NCBI GenBank assembly: GCA_031553535.1
Contig: JAVBLM010000019.1
Span: 154,128 to 218,127 of the forward strand
From: Bacteroidales bacterium
GTDB taxonomy: Bacteria > Bacteroidota > Bacteroidia > Bacteroidales > WCHB1-69
DNA length: 64,000 nucleotides
Direction of reading: 5' to 3'
Shown here: in pieces, positions 17,969 through 27,917 of the stretch
Position numbering within the stretch: the stretch's first letter is position 1
Layout: every line of letters starts with the position of its first letter
Notes under the pieces: generated by a model
What the model was told of the DNA's origin: nothing
The model's database searches: none
What the model saw: only the letters and a program-made list of their open reading frames with translations
Translations under genes and position numbers: made by a program

Positions 17969-19921
17969 CTATTTCCACTCTGATTTCAGATTATCCAATT
18001 GGGTAGATAATTTTTCCCATTCACTTACCGCTTGTTCCAAAGCCAGTTGATGATCTTGATATTGCTTATATAATTCACCGGAAGCAATTTGTTGCTGATA
18101 ATATTCAACGTCGGATAATTTATCATCCAACTGCTTTATTGCCTGCTCCAGGTTATGAATTTTACTTTCCTGGGTTTCAATCTGCTTTTCCAGCTTCCTG
18201 AATACACTATCCCTCTGTTTTTGTTCCTCCCAGGATAGTTTTTTATCTTTCTGCTCTTCTCTGTTTACTGAATTTATTTTTGATTGCTTGACTTCCAGGC
18301 TCTGTAAAGACTCCAAGTTCCGTTTCTCAATATAGTAACTGATATCGCCGATATATTCTTTAATATTCCCATCTTTAAACTCAAATACTTTATCTGTCAA
18401 TCCCTGTAGGAAATCACGATCATGTGAAACCAGTATCAATGTTCCGTCATAATGCAAAAGGGCATTTTTGAGAACATCTTTCGAACGCATATCCAAGTGA
18501 TTTGTCGGCTCATCCAGAATAAGTACATTATAGGGATGTAACAACAACTTGGCCAATGCCAAACGAGCTTTCTCTCCACCGGATAAAACCCCTACTTTCT
18601 TTTCTATATCATCACTGTCAAACAAAAAGCTACCCAAGATTCCCCGTACTTTGGTACGCATATCCCCTACCGCTATATCATCAATGGTTTCAAATACCGT
18701 TTTTTTCGGATCCAATAATGCATTCTGGTTTTGTGCATAATACCCTACTTTTACCATCGATCCTATCTTAAGATTTCCGGAAGTGGGCTGTAATTCCTGA
18801 TGCAGCATCCGGATAAGCGTGGTTTTTCCCTCACCGTTCCTTCCGACAAAAGCTACTTTTTCTTTCCGCTGAATAACAAAGTCCAGATTCCGTAAAATCG
18901 GTTTTACACTGTATGTTTTACATAGATTTTCAGCTTCAAATATAACTCTGTCTGCCGAAGGAGCAGGTGCAAATAGGAAATGAATATGGGAAGTATCCAG
19001 ATCATCTATTTCAACAATCTCCATTTTCTCCAATAATTTTATCCTGCTCTGAACCTGTTTTGCCTTGGTTGCTTTATAACGAAAACGTTCTACAAATTTC
19101 TCTATATCGGCAATTTCCTTTTGCTGATTTTCGAAAACTGATTTCTGATGCTCTATCCGTTCCGACCTGCGGTTTACATATTCCGAATAATTACAGTTAT
19201 AGTCAACAATTGCTCCCAATGTTATCTCAACCGTACGCTTACAGACTTTATCGAGGAACATTCTATCATGCGAAACCAAAATAACAGTACCTGAATAGGT
19301 CTGTAAAAACGATTCCAACCATTGAATGGATTCTATATCCAGATGATTTGTCGGCTCATCCAAAAGAATAATTTCCGTTTTGCGAAGCAAGATTTTTGCT
19401 AATTCCACACGCATCTGCCAACCACTGCTGAACTCACTCAAACTACGTTCAAAGTCAGTCTTTTGGAATCCCAGTCCAAGCAATACCTTTTCTGCTTCCG
19501 AATCTATATTATTTACATCCAGATATGTATATTGATGATTCAAATCTGCCAACCGCTCTAATAACTTGGCATAATGAGGAGACTCATAATCCGTAGTTTC
19601 TATTATTTCCCGATTTACTTCTTCAAGTTGTTTTTCAAGGTTGCGAATTTCAATAAAGGCGGTCATTGTTTCTGCCCATACTGTTTTGTCCGTATTTATC
19701 CGCATCTCTTGAGGCAGATAACCAATCCTGTGGCCGGAAGTAATAACTATCGTTCCTGTTTCCGGTAATAATTGTCCGGCTAAAATATTCAACAAAGTGG
19801 TTTTCCCGGCACCATTCTTCCCTACCAGCCCAATTCTATCATTGCCTCCAATAACAAAACTAACTTTATTAAATAAGTCTGTGCCCGTAAAATGAACCGA
19901 GAGATTGTTTACTGTAATCAT
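17969..19921 (-). CDS. ABC-F family ATPase (two ABC cassettes, C-terminal coiled coil)
   Basis: 650 aa with Walker A GKNGAGKTT and GRNGEGKTT, signature LSGGEKARL, Walker B ILLDEPTNHLD and LILDEPTNHLD. It has no TM domain and a Lys/Glu/Gln-rich coiled-coil tail. Confidence 0.88.
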   Translation of the reverse strand: MITVNNLSVHFTGTDLFNKVSFVIGGNDRIGLVGKNGAGKTTLLNILAGQLLPETGTIVITSGHRIGYLPQEMRINTDKTVWAETMTAFIEIRNLEKQLEEVNREIIETTDYESPHYAKLLERLADLNHQYTYLDVNNIDSEAEKVLLGLGFQKTDFERSLSEFSSGWQMRVELAKILLRKTEIILLDEPTNHLDIESIQWLESFLQTYSGTVILVSHDRMFLDKVCKRTVEITLGAIVDYNCNYSEYVNRRSERIEHQKSVFENQQKEIADIEKFVERFRYKATKAKQVQSRIKLLEKMEIVEIDDLDTSHIHFLFAPAPSADRVIFEAENLCKTYSVKPILRNLDFVIQRKEKVAFVGRNGEGKTTLIRMLHQELQPTSGNLKIGSMVKVGYYAQNQNALLDPKKTVFETIDDIAVGDMRTKVRGILGSFLFDSDDIEKKVGVLSGGEKARLALAKLLLHPYNVLILDEPTNHLDMRSKDVLKNALLHYDGTLILVSHDRDFLQGLTDKVFEFKDGNIKEYIGDISYYIEKRNLESLQSLEVKQSKINSVNREEQKDKKLSWEEQKQRDSVFRKLEKQIETQESKIHNLEQAIKQLDDKLSDVEYYQQQIASGELYKQYQDHQLALEQAVSEWEKLSTQLDNLKSEWK

Positions 19922-19942
19922 CCTGTCAAAAATTATCTTTTT

Positions 19943-21124
19943 CTATTTCCGTAAACGTTCGTCACCGTATTGTATCAGTTGACCTAATAACAATATCAAA
20001 TCAGTAAACAATATACCGGAATGAGCATTTTGTTCTATGTTAAGAATTGCTTCATTGATTACCTCTACTACTTTTTCCCCGTTGTAATTATTAATAAAAG
20101 GAGAAAAGTTAACTAACCATGCTGCCTCATCGGAGGAGGATTTCACCATGGATGATGCACCACAGTTGGTCAAAATACATTTCCGGACTAATGTCAAGGC
20201 ATAGCGCAGAAAAGATTTTTGTTTTTCACGCCCCAGACTTTCCAGATCTTTTATTAATGCCACCGTTTCAGGGAACACCACCTTTTCGGGACTATTGGTA
20301 AAATAGCAAATACGATATGCCGAACGCATCATGGAAACAAAACGAGTGAAATTTTCCTTTTCCAATATTTCCCGTTTGTCTGCATTAAAAGCATCTATCA
20401 AATTATTATCCGTAACCGATGCTATGGCGAACGCTTCATCACGAGTATAATTCAATTTTTGAGAAAGTATACCTACAAAATCTTCCGTAGTAAACTTATT
20501 AACCTTTACAAGCTGTAAACGCGAAAGAATAGTCGGCAATATTTGTTCGAAATTTTCACTGACCAGGATAAATAATGTTTTTCCGTCAGGCTCCTCCAAA
20601 CTCTTCAGCAGTTTATGTCCCATGGGAGTATATATTTTCTCCGCCATCCAGATAATGAAAACCTTATATTCCGATTCATATGGCTTGGTTACCTGTCCTT
20701 CCAATATCCGGGATATATCATTTTTATTAATATAAGCTTGTTTATTCTCTATTCCCAGCTTAGCATACCAGTCATCCAAAGAGAATAAAGCATTTGTTGC
20801 TGAAACAATCTCACGCCACTCTTCATAAAAAGAGGCAGATTCATTATCCTTCTTTATCTTTGATGTAAGGGCGTTAGGAAAAAAGAAATGCAAATCCGGA
20901 TGAGCCAGGTTTTGATATTTAACACAAGAAGGACATGTACCGCATGAATCAGTTTCTGTCCTGTTTTGGCAATTAATATATTGTGCGTACGCTATTGCCA
21001 ACGCTAAAGCATGAGTCCCCTCCTGAGCCAGAAACAACTGGGCATGGCTCACTCTTTGGTTATTAACCGTGTTAATTAATAACTGTTTTGTTTGTTGTGG
21101 AACAAGTACTTCGGAAAATAACAT
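19943..21124 (-). CDS. holB: DNA polymerase III subunit delta'
   Basis: 393 aa AAA+ clamp-loader fold with SHAQLF, the Zn module CQN...CGTCPSC and the SRLQ sensor motif. Confidence 0.75.
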   Translation of the reverse strand: MLFSEVLVPQQTKQLLINTVNNQRVSHAQLFLAQEGTHALALAIAYAQYINCQNRTETDSCGTCPSCVKYQNLAHPDLHFFFPNALTSKIKKDNESASFYEEWREIVSATNALFSLDDWYAKLGIENKQAYINKNDISRILEGQVTKPYESEYKVFIIWMAEKIYTPMGHKLLKSLEEPDGKTLFILVSENFEQILPTILSRLQLVKVNKFTTEDFVGILSQKLNYTRDEAFAIASVTDNNLIDAFNADKREILEKENFTRFVSMMRSAYRICYFTNSPEKVVFPETVALIKDLESLGREKQKSFLRYALTLVRKCILTNCGASSMVKSSSDEAAWLVNFSPFINNYNGEKVVEVINEAILNIEQNAHSGILFTDLILLLGQLIQYGDERLRK

Positions 21125-21130
21125 CTAGTA

Positions 21131-21967
21131 TTAATTAATGCGCAAAACTAATTCTTTAACTAACCGGCGTAACTTGGGCTCAGCTTCATTGGCAGCTTTG
21201 AGAACTTCTTCATGAGAAACTTTTTCTACAATACCGGGTATCCCCAAATCTGTAATTACTGAAAATGCTACGCAACGCATACTCGAATGACGTGCAACAA
21301 TAGCCTCAGGAACAGTCGACATTCCAACACAGTCTCCCCCTAAAGTATGAAACATACGATACTCTGCCGGAGTTTCAAATGTTGGCCCTTGCGTTCCTAC
21401 ATAAACCCCCTTTTGATAATTAATATTATTATCCGAAGCGATCTTTTCTGCCAAAGAGATCAATTCTTTAGAATAAACCTCACTCATGTCGGGAAAACGA
21501 GGCCCTAATGAGTTTTCATTCTTTCCATGTAGCGGGTTTTCCGGAAAAAGATTAATATGATCCGTGATAAAAACGAGATCTCCTACTTTATAACCGGGAT
21601 TCATTCCTCCGCTGGCATTGGACAATATCAAAATATCCACTCCTAAAGCTTTCATTACCCGTACAGGAAAGGTGACCTCTTTCATATTATATCCTTCATA
21701 ATAATGAAAGCGCCCCTGCATGGCAATTACTTCTATATTATTGATATTTCCAAAGAGTAATTTCCCTTCATGACCTTCTACTGTCGAAACCGGAAAATTT
21801 GGAATATCTGTATATAAAAGTGTTTTTTGTATTTCAATATCTTTAGCTAAACCATTCAAGCCACTTCCTAAAATAATTCCAATTCTGGCGTTTGTCTTAA
21901 TTTGGCTATTTATAAAATCAACTGTTTCTTTTATTCTTGTTAACATATTGTTGAACCTGTTCTTCAA
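21131..21967 (-). CDS. purine nucleoside phosphorylase (trimeric PunA type)
   Basis: 278 aa with GSGL, GRFHYYEG, SNASGG and GMSTVPE motifs. Its start overlaps the lpxK 3' end. Confidence 0.85.
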   Translation of the reverse strand: MKNRFNNMLTRIKETVDFINSQIKTNARIGIILGSGLNGLAKDIEIQKTLLYTDIPNFPVSTVEGHEGKLLFGNINNIEVIAMQGRFHYYEGYNMKEVTFPVRVMKALGVDILILSNASGGMNPGYKVGDLVFITDHINLFPENPLHGKNENSLGPRFPDMSEVYSKELISLAEKIASDNNINYQKGVYVGTQGPTFETPAEYRMFHTLGGDCVGMSTVPEAIVARHSSMRCVAFSVITDLGIPGIVEKVSHEEVLKAANEAEPKLRRLVKELVLRIN

Positions 21968-22979
21968 ACTCCTCTTTATATCTTCGATGAAACTTTACTT
22001 CTATAGGAATATAAAAAATCGGTAGTTTCTCCACTTCTCTTCTAAATTCACTATCTAGTAAACGCATTGCATCCTTTTCTGTTGTAATAACAGCGCAATT
22101 TTTCCGCATGGAGCGATTCACATACCTTTGCATTTTCTGGATATCTTTCTCTGTGAAACGATAGTGATCGGAAAAAACAAGTTGTTGCTTTTCTATGAAA
22201 TGATCATTTACATATTCCAGAAATGGATATGGGTTAGCTATTCCGCAAACAGCAACAGCACTTCGAAGGCTATCAACAGGTAATTCTTTTGCTTTCTGAG
22301 TCAACGGTGTTATTTCGCCAAACTCTATATACGAAAAATAGACTTTTTGATGAGGTAATGGTTTTACTTTATTTAAAATTATTCTTTCTTCAATTGTCGG
22401 TATTATCTTTGGTGATTTAGTAATAATGATTATGTCTGCATCCTTTGCCGCAGATCTTCCCTCACGAAGCCTGCCAACAGGAACAACATAATCTTGCATA
22501 TAGCTATAATAATAATCTGTTAACAAAATAGATAATCCGGGACGTAAAGGCATATATTGATATGCATCATCTAATAGGACAACATCCGTTTCAGGCAATT
22601 TTTCAAATATCTTATCCAACCCTTGAATCCTATTTTTAGAAACAGCAACAGAAGCCGATGTGTGCTTTTTATATAGTAATAAGGGTTCATCTCCAACATC
22701 TTTGCTGGAAGATAAAGAATCTACAAACCGAAAGCCTTTTGTTTTTCTTCCATGCCCGCGACTCAAAACAGCTATGTTAGAGTGATTTTTTTCCAATAAG
22801 TTGATAAGATATTCTACATGAGGCGTTTTTCCTGAACCTCCCATGCATAAATTTCCCACACAAATAGTAGGCTTTTTGTATTTTATTCGCCTTCCTTTAT
22901 TATAGAAAGCCCGCCTGATATACATAAACAGAGCCCATAAAGCAGAAAATGGAAAAAGAATAAATTTAAACATGTTCAC
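21918..22979 (-). CDS. lpxK: tetraacyldisaccharide 4'-kinase
   Basis: 353 aa with an N-terminal TM segment and the P-loop GNLCMGGSGKTP. Confidence 0.85.
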   Translation of the reverse strand: MNMFKFILFPFSALWALFMYIRRAFYNKGRRIKYKKPTICVGNLCMGGSGKTPHVEYLINLLEKNHSNIAVLSRGHGRKTKGFRFVDSLSSSKDVGDEPLLLYKKHTSASVAVSKNRIQGLDKIFEKLPETDVVLLDDAYQYMPLRPGLSILLTDYYYSYMQDYVVPVGRLREGRSAAKDADIIIITKSPKIIPTIEERIILNKVKPLPHQKVYFSYIEFGEITPLTQKAKELPVDSLRSAVAVCGIANPYPFLEYVNDHFIEKQQLVFSDHYRFTEKDIQKMQRYVNRSMRKNCAVITTEKDAMRLLDSEFRREVEKLPIFYIPIEVKFHRRYKEEFEEQVQQYVNKNKRNS

Positions 22980-23068
22980 ATAAAGGGGTATTTATCAGAT
23001 AAATAAAAAGTATATTGTTATCCCATTTAAATCATAAACCAAGTTTGCTAAGATAACATTTTTTTTTG

Positions 23069-23076
23069 TAATTTTG
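23069..23076 (+). promoter_or_regulatory. candidate -7 promoter box (TAATTTTG)
   Basis: Matches TAnnTTTG, 20 nt upstream of the NIF3-family ATG. Confidence 0.4.
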
Positions 23077-23096
23077 AAGAAATAATAAAAATAATA

Positions 23097-24191
23097 ATGA
23101 ATAATAAGATTTGTCAAGTAATAGAACATCTAGAAAGAATTGCTCCTCCTTATTACCAAGAGAGTTATGATAATTCAGGGCTATTAATAGGTAATCCAAA
23201 CACAATGCTGAGAAAAGGATTAATTTGTCTGGATGTTACACAATCAGTAATGGATGAAGCTATTGCAAATGATTGCAATTTAATCATTTCGCATCATCCA
23301 TTCATATTTAATTCGTTAAAGAAAATAACCGGAAATACATTATGCGAGAATATTATCATTCAAGCTATTAAAAACGATATTGTTATTTATGCAATACATA
23401 CCAATTTAGACAATATATTACATGGGGTCAATCAGCGTTTTGCCAATAACTTACACTTAACAAACATCAGGATACTCAAACCGGCACAAAATAACTTATG
23501 CAAATTGGCAACCTACATTCCCAATAAATATTCAAACTCTGTCAGGAATGCCCTATTCGAAGCAGGAGCCGGCACCATTGGAAATTACAGCTCCTGCAGC
23601 TATAATAGCGAAGGATATGGAACATTCAAGGCAAGTGAAGAAGCTAATCCATTTATTGGAAATAAAAATGAAATACATCAGGAAAGTGAAATCCGCACAG
23701 AGGTGATTTTCCCTGTTCATCTAAAAAAAGAAATCATTAACGCATTGATAAAAGCCCACCCATACGAAGAACCGGCCTATGATATTATCCCTATAATAAA
23801 TACAAACAAAAATATCGGTTCCGGTATGATAGGAGAACTAAATATGCCAATGAGTGAAACCGAATTTTTACAATTCCTGAAAAAACAAATGCAGCTATCT
23901 TGTATTAAACATAGTAAACTTACCAATAAACCGATTAAAACAGTTGCAATATGTGGCGGAAGCGGTTCGTTTCTTGTCCCGGAAGCGATTAAACAAAAAG
24001 CTGATATTTTCATTAGTGCAGATCTCAAGTATAATAATTTTATTGATCATGCCGATACACTTTTATTGGCCGACATAGGGCATTTTGAAAGTGAAATTCA
24101 AACAAAGCATCTTTTATATGATATACTTATCGAAAAATTTAGTACCTTTGCGGTTTCGCTAAATGAGCAAAATCCAATTTCATATTTGTAA
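23097..24191 (+). CDS. Nif3-like dinuclear metal centre protein (YbgI/GTP cyclohydrolase 1 type 2 homologue)
   Basis: 364 aa with N-terminal YQESYDNSGL and ISHHP, plus a C-terminal GGSG...ADIGH pattern of the NIF3 family with an inserted PII-like domain. Confidence 0.8.
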   Translation: MNNKICQVIEHLERIAPPYYQESYDNSGLLIGNPNTMLRKGLICLDVTQSVMDEAIANDCNLIISHHPFIFNSLKKITGNTLCENIIIQAIKNDIVIYAIHTNLDNILHGVNQRFANNLHLTNIRILKPAQNNLCKLATYIPNKYSNSVRNALFEAGAGTIGNYSSCSYNSEGYGTFKASEEANPFIGNKNEIHQESEIRTEVIFPVHLKKEIINALIKAHPYEEPAYDIIPIINTNKNIGSGMIGELNMPMSETEFLQFLKKQMQLSCIKHSKLTNKPIKTVAICGGSGSFLVPEAIKQKADIFISADLKYNNFIDHADTLLLADIGHFESEIQTKHLLYDILIEKFSTFAVSLNEQNPISYL

Positions 24192-24218
24192 TTAATATTT
24201 ACTTAAAATATTTTAAAA

Positions 24219-25049
24219 ATGGCAACCGCTAAACAAGGTAAAGACATGAAAATTAAGGAAAATAAAGAGGTTTCAAAATCAAGAAACAGTAATGATCTTG
24301 AATCCGGCATAGATAAATCCGTAGAAAACACACTAATTGCTTTATATAAATTGCAAACTATTTATTCTAGAATTGACAAAGTTCGCGTAATAAGAGGGGA
24401 GCTTCCTTTGGAAGTAAACGATTTGGAAGACGAATGTTTGGGTTTGCAAGCTCGTATAGATAAATTTGAAGAAACAGCTAAAGACTATCAGAATCAGATA
24501 TACGAAAAACAGGAATTAATAAAAAAATCACAAGCCCAAATCGCCAAATACAAAGAACAGTTAGATAATGTTCGTAATAACAGGGAATACGATGCATTAA
24601 GCAAAGAAATTGAATACGAAGAGCTTGATATACAATTGAACGAAAAAAAGATCCGCGAACTCATCGCAAAAATTACAGATAAGAAAGCTGAAATAGAAAG
24701 CTTAAGCATTGAATTGGGAAGAGCAAAAAAAGATTTAGACTCTAAAAAGGAAGAATTAAATACAATTATTGCTGAAACAGAAAAAGAAGAAAATGATTTG
24801 TTAGCACAAGCCAAAGAACAAGAAGTAAAAATTGAACCTCGAATGCTTAATGCGTTTACACGTATCCGGACAAATATGCGTAATGGCTTAGCTACAGTAA
24901 AAGTTGATAGAAATGCTTGTGGTGGATGTTTTAGTAAAATATCTCCTCAACGTCAATTAGATATACGCATGCATAAGAAAATCATTGTATGTGAATTTTG
25001 TGGTCGTATCTTGGTAGATGATGAGATAGCTTCATTAGCTTCCGAATAA
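24219..25049 (+). CDS. coiled-coil zinc-ribbon protein (COG1579 type)
   Basis: 276 aa with a long Glu/Lys coiled coil and a C-terminal CGGC...CEFCGR zinc ribbon. This family is commonly found next to NIF3. Confidence 0.75.
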   Translation: MATAKQGKDMKIKENKEVSKSRNSNDLESGIDKSVENTLIALYKLQTIYSRIDKVRVIRGELPLEVNDLEDECLGLQARIDKFEETAKDYQNQIYEKQELIKKSQAQIAKYKEQLDNVRNNREYDALSKEIEYEELDIQLNEKKIRELIAKITDKKAEIESLSIELGRAKKDLDSKKEELNTIIAETEKEENDLLAQAKEQEVKIEPRMLNAFTRIRTNMRNGLATVKVDRNACGGCFSKISPQRQLDIRMHKKIIVCEFCGRILVDDEIASLASE

Positions 25050-25072
25050 ATTTATTATCATCAACAAATCGA

Positions 25073-25113
25073 GTAGGAAGAAAACAAAGTAGTTTTCTTC
25101 CTACTTTCGTTTT
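25073..25113 (+). terminator. rho-independent terminator of the zinc-ribbon gene
   Basis: 13-bp perfect stem GTAGGAAGAAAAC / GTTTTCTTCCTAC with a 6-nt loop, followed by TTTCGTTTT. Confidence 0.75.
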
Positions 25114-25203
25114 CCGACCTCTCACACCACCGTACGTGCCGTTCGGCATACGGCGGTTCCTTACTTACGATACAACTTTACGATAACAATCCATCAGAAA
25201 TGG

Positions 25204-25542
25204 CTAGTTGGCTCGTTTGAGATTATCGTTGCTCAAGGCACGACTAAGAATAAAACTATGGGCAATATGCCAATAACCCTTGCGGGTATTAGCCCATTCC
25301 CACGCCTTTCTCTTATCAATACCACAGCGTTTGAGATTCTCAAAGCGGGTCTTCACTCTCTTCCAGCATTTCCAGATACACATACGGAGCCTGCTCCTAT
25401 ACCATTCATTCAATGTTTGAAGACGGTTCTTCATATCTGCCAGCTTGAATACTTCAAGCCAACCCAGTATAAAGGAGCCAAGAGAGCTTTTACGCTTCCC
25501 GTAGCCCAGACCGTTACTACGACCGGTCAATTCCTTTTGCAA
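25204..25542 (-). pseudogene. group II intron reverse transcriptase/maturase, C-terminal (X/maturase) fragment only
   Basis: The 112-aa ORF FILGWLEVFKLADMKNRLQTLNEWYRSRLRMCIWKCWKRVKTRFENLKRCGIDKRKAWEWANTRKGYWHIAHS matches the conserved C-terminus of bacterial intron-encoded proteins. The ~300-aa RT palm/fingers region is absent. Confidence 0.8.
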
Positions 25543-25618
25543 GAATACTATTTTTCCCCTTCTTATTTATCCTTTCATTTTCTTATTATCCTGAAAACTT
25601 TACCGGTTTCGCAGGAAA

Positions 25619-25921
25619 AAGAAAATATTTTACTGTTTGGGATAGACATTTTGGGGGAATCTGAAAACATTTTGCCATTTAGTTTGGATATTTTCAGAAG
25701 ATCCGAAAGCAACAAACCATTTGGTTTGGACGTTTCGGAAGATCCGAAAGAAGCAAACCATTTGGTTTGGACGTTTCGGAAGATCCGAAAGAAGCAAACC
25801 ATTTGGTTTGGACGTTTCGGAAGATCCGAAAGAAGCAAACCATTTGGTTTGGACGTTTCGGAAAGACCCGAAAGAAGCAAACCATTTGGTTTGGACGCTT
25901 CGGAAAGATCCGAAAGAAGCA
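25619..25921. repeat. tandem array B: 41-bp unit x ~7 with nested palindrome, inside the intron remnant
   Basis: The unit is GATCCGAAAGAAGCAAACCATTTGGTTTGGACGTTTCGGAA. The anchor ATCCGAA occurs at 25701/25742/25783/25824. The outer inverted repeat is TCCGAAA/TTTCGGA and the inner palindrome is CAAACCA-TT-TGGTTTG. The leftmost units are degenerate. Confidence 0.92.
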
Positions 25922-26528
25922 TCTATATTATATCGAATATTAAGATAAGTTATGAATGATTTTTCCGGAGAGGTTTATTCTTTATTAATGTCCTATCAGA
26001 ACACTTATCAAACAGGCAGGCCTATATCTGTGAGAGACACACTAAGGGGGATATTATCCGTACTTGAAAAAGTCTCAATTTATACCCCGAACTCACATTA
26101 CAATAAGGTTCTGTCCTTCAATACTTGGTAAGGTTCCTGCTGTACATTTTTTTTCATGGGCAGGCTTGTGTCCGTATCTACTATGGCATCGGCTGACTTC
26201 TCACAGCAAGCTTTATACTCCGTGCTTCCGAAAAAAAACATCCGCACGTCTGTGAGACCTCCCCAGTTAAGATTCTATTCTTTCCATCTTATACCTGCTT
26301 GATTTACCATGAACGTTCCCAATAGCTATGGGGCTTTGTTTTGTTTAGCAAACGATCCCACATTCTTTGGCCTTATATCAAGTTTCTGTGCGTCAGGCCA
26401 GATGTTTGCCGCTGACTTCCTTCAGATTCCTTCTCGCGATAGACACCCTTGTCGTTGGCTATACTCTTCCCGCTATCTGGGCGTGTTTAGGACTTGCACC
26501 TGTTAGAATAAAACCATGCTGAACGAAC

Positions 26529-26563
26529 CAAAAAAAAGGAGTGATTTTATCACTCCTTTTTTT
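26529..26563 (-). terminator. bidirectional hairpin terminator after the CNNM/CBS gene
   Basis: GGAGTGAT-TTT-ATCACTCC is flanked by A-run and T-run, so it gives a U-tract on either strand. It overlaps the stop codon region. Confidence 0.7.
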
Positions 26564-27893
26564 ATTCCTTCTGTTTCTCTTCTTCGATAATTATTACCAA
26601 AACTTTGTCTATTCTTGCTGCATCCATATTAAGTATCTCAAAGCTAAATTCTTTCCATCGAATAATTTCCCCAACTTGCGGAATATGCTCTGCTATGTCC
26701 AAAATAAGTCCACTCAATGTATTAAAGTCATACTCCTGAAAAATATCTTCCATATCAAAGTATGACAGAAAATCATAAAATGAATATTGTCCATCAACAA
26801 TCCACGTCCCATCTTCCTGTTCAATAATTGTTTCTTCATCATCATCAGGTAGGCTCATCCTACCAAGCAATGCTTCCATAATATCCACAGATGTAATCAT
26901 TCCCTGTAGCGAACCAAACTCATCTATAACAAACCCATAATATAACTGAGACTCTTTAAAACACTGCAATGCTTTATATGTACTGGTATTCTCCGGAAAA
27001 AAAACAGGATCACTAATAAATTCTCTGACATTAATCCTGCCGGAAGAAACACTTCCAAAGATATCTTTTAAAGAAATCACCCCTATAAGATTATCTAAAT
27101 GTTTATCAATTACGGGATAATATCCATGCATATCTTCATATACCACTGAACGAATAGTTTCTAAATCATCATTCACATCTATGCATATCAGATCGCTACG
27201 ATATGTCATTACAGAAGCTACATCCCTATCTCCCAGATCAAACACACGTTCAACAATGTCGTGCTCCACATCTTGAACTTCTCCCTCACTTGCACCTAAT
27301 TTAACTGCTGCAAGAATCTCTTCCTCTGTTATCTTACTTTCCTCTGACGGCTTTAGTCTTAACATACGCATAATCAATCTAACAGTAGACTCCAAAAGCC
27401 ACACAAAAGGATAAAAAAGCTTAGAAAAGAATTGCAAAAAACCAGAAAAACGACGTAGTAGTGTTTCCGGAAAAGTCATTGCCAATCGTTTTGGAATCAA
27501 TTCTCCTAATACAATAGTAAAATAAGTTATCACAAACACGACTATTACTTTTGCGATTATTCCGGCATAGTGCGCTATTGAAGGAAAAATTCCAACTAGC
27601 CAATCCCGTAAATAGGACGCCAATGTATCTCCACTATAGACCCCTGTTAAAATTCCAATCAAAGTAATTCCAACCTGAACTGTGGAAAGGAACCTATCCG
27701 GATTATCCATTAAAACCAATGCTTTCTTGGCGCCGCGTTTATCCGCTTTAGCTAAAACATTCATCTTGAGCTTACGCGAAGAAATTAAGGATATTTCAGA
27801 CAAGGAAAGCATTCCGTTGAATAAAATCAATAATAATATGATGAATATTTCCATTATAATATAATATTGAAAAAAAGAGTACCCACTTAGCAA
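26562..27893 (-). CDS. CNNM/DUF21-CBS-CorC_HlyC family protein (hemolysin/TlyC-like, putative divalent-cation transporter)
   Basis: 443 aa with an N-terminal 4-TM DUF21 (NGMLSLSEISLISS), tandem CBS domains and a C-terminal CorC/HlyC transporter-associated domain. Met14 (start 27854) is probably the true start. Confidence 0.85.
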   Translation of the reverse strand: MLSGYSFFQYYIIMEIFIILLLILFNGMLSLSEISLISSRKLKMNVLAKADKRGAKKALVLMDNPDRFLSTVQVGITLIGILTGVYSGDTLASYLRDWLVGIFPSIAHYAGIIAKVIVVFVITYFTIVLGELIPKRLAMTFPETLLRRFSGFLQFFSKLFYPFVWLLESTVRLIMRMLRLKPSEESKITEEEILAAVKLGASEGEVQDVEHDIVERVFDLGDRDVASVMTYRSDLICIDVNDDLETIRSVVYEDMHGYYPVIDKHLDNLIGVISLKDIFGSVSSGRINVREFISDPVFFPENTSTYKALQCFKESQLYYGFVIDEFGSLQGMITSVDIMEALLGRMSLPDDDEETIIEQEDGTWIVDGQYSFYDFLSYFDMEDIFQEYDFNTLSGLILDIAEHIPQVGEIIRWKEFSFEILNMDAARIDKVLVIIIEEEKQKE

Positions 27894-27917
27894 TTAGATA
27901 CTCTTTATATTTTATAT

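Larger units (their letters stand above)
25095..26505 (-). mobile_element. degenerate group II intron (RNA domains I-III, V-VI and C-terminal maturase fragment; RT domain missing)
   Basis: The minus strand carries CGCCCAGATAGCGGG near 26470-26484 (compare the 5' GUGCGCCCAGAUAGGGUG of Ll.LtrB). Domain V, CCGTATGCC-GAAC-GGCACGTACGG, maps to 25127-25160. A maturase C-terminus lies at 25204-25542. Boundaries are approximate. Confidence 0.7.

Noticed and set aside
25258-25959. ORFs 25258-25959(+), 25575-25922(-), 25694-25885(-) and 25721-25948(+) over array B and antisense to the maturase fragment
   Set aside because: These are multi-frame, both-strand openness artefacts of the tandem array inside a decayed intron. 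The plus-strand ORF is antisense to a clearly homologous maturase sequence.
26064-26506. Small ORFs 26064-26255(+) and 26309-26506(+)
   Set aside because: They lie antisense within the group II intron domain I-III RNA region. They have no coding signal, and the sequence is explained by the structured RNA.
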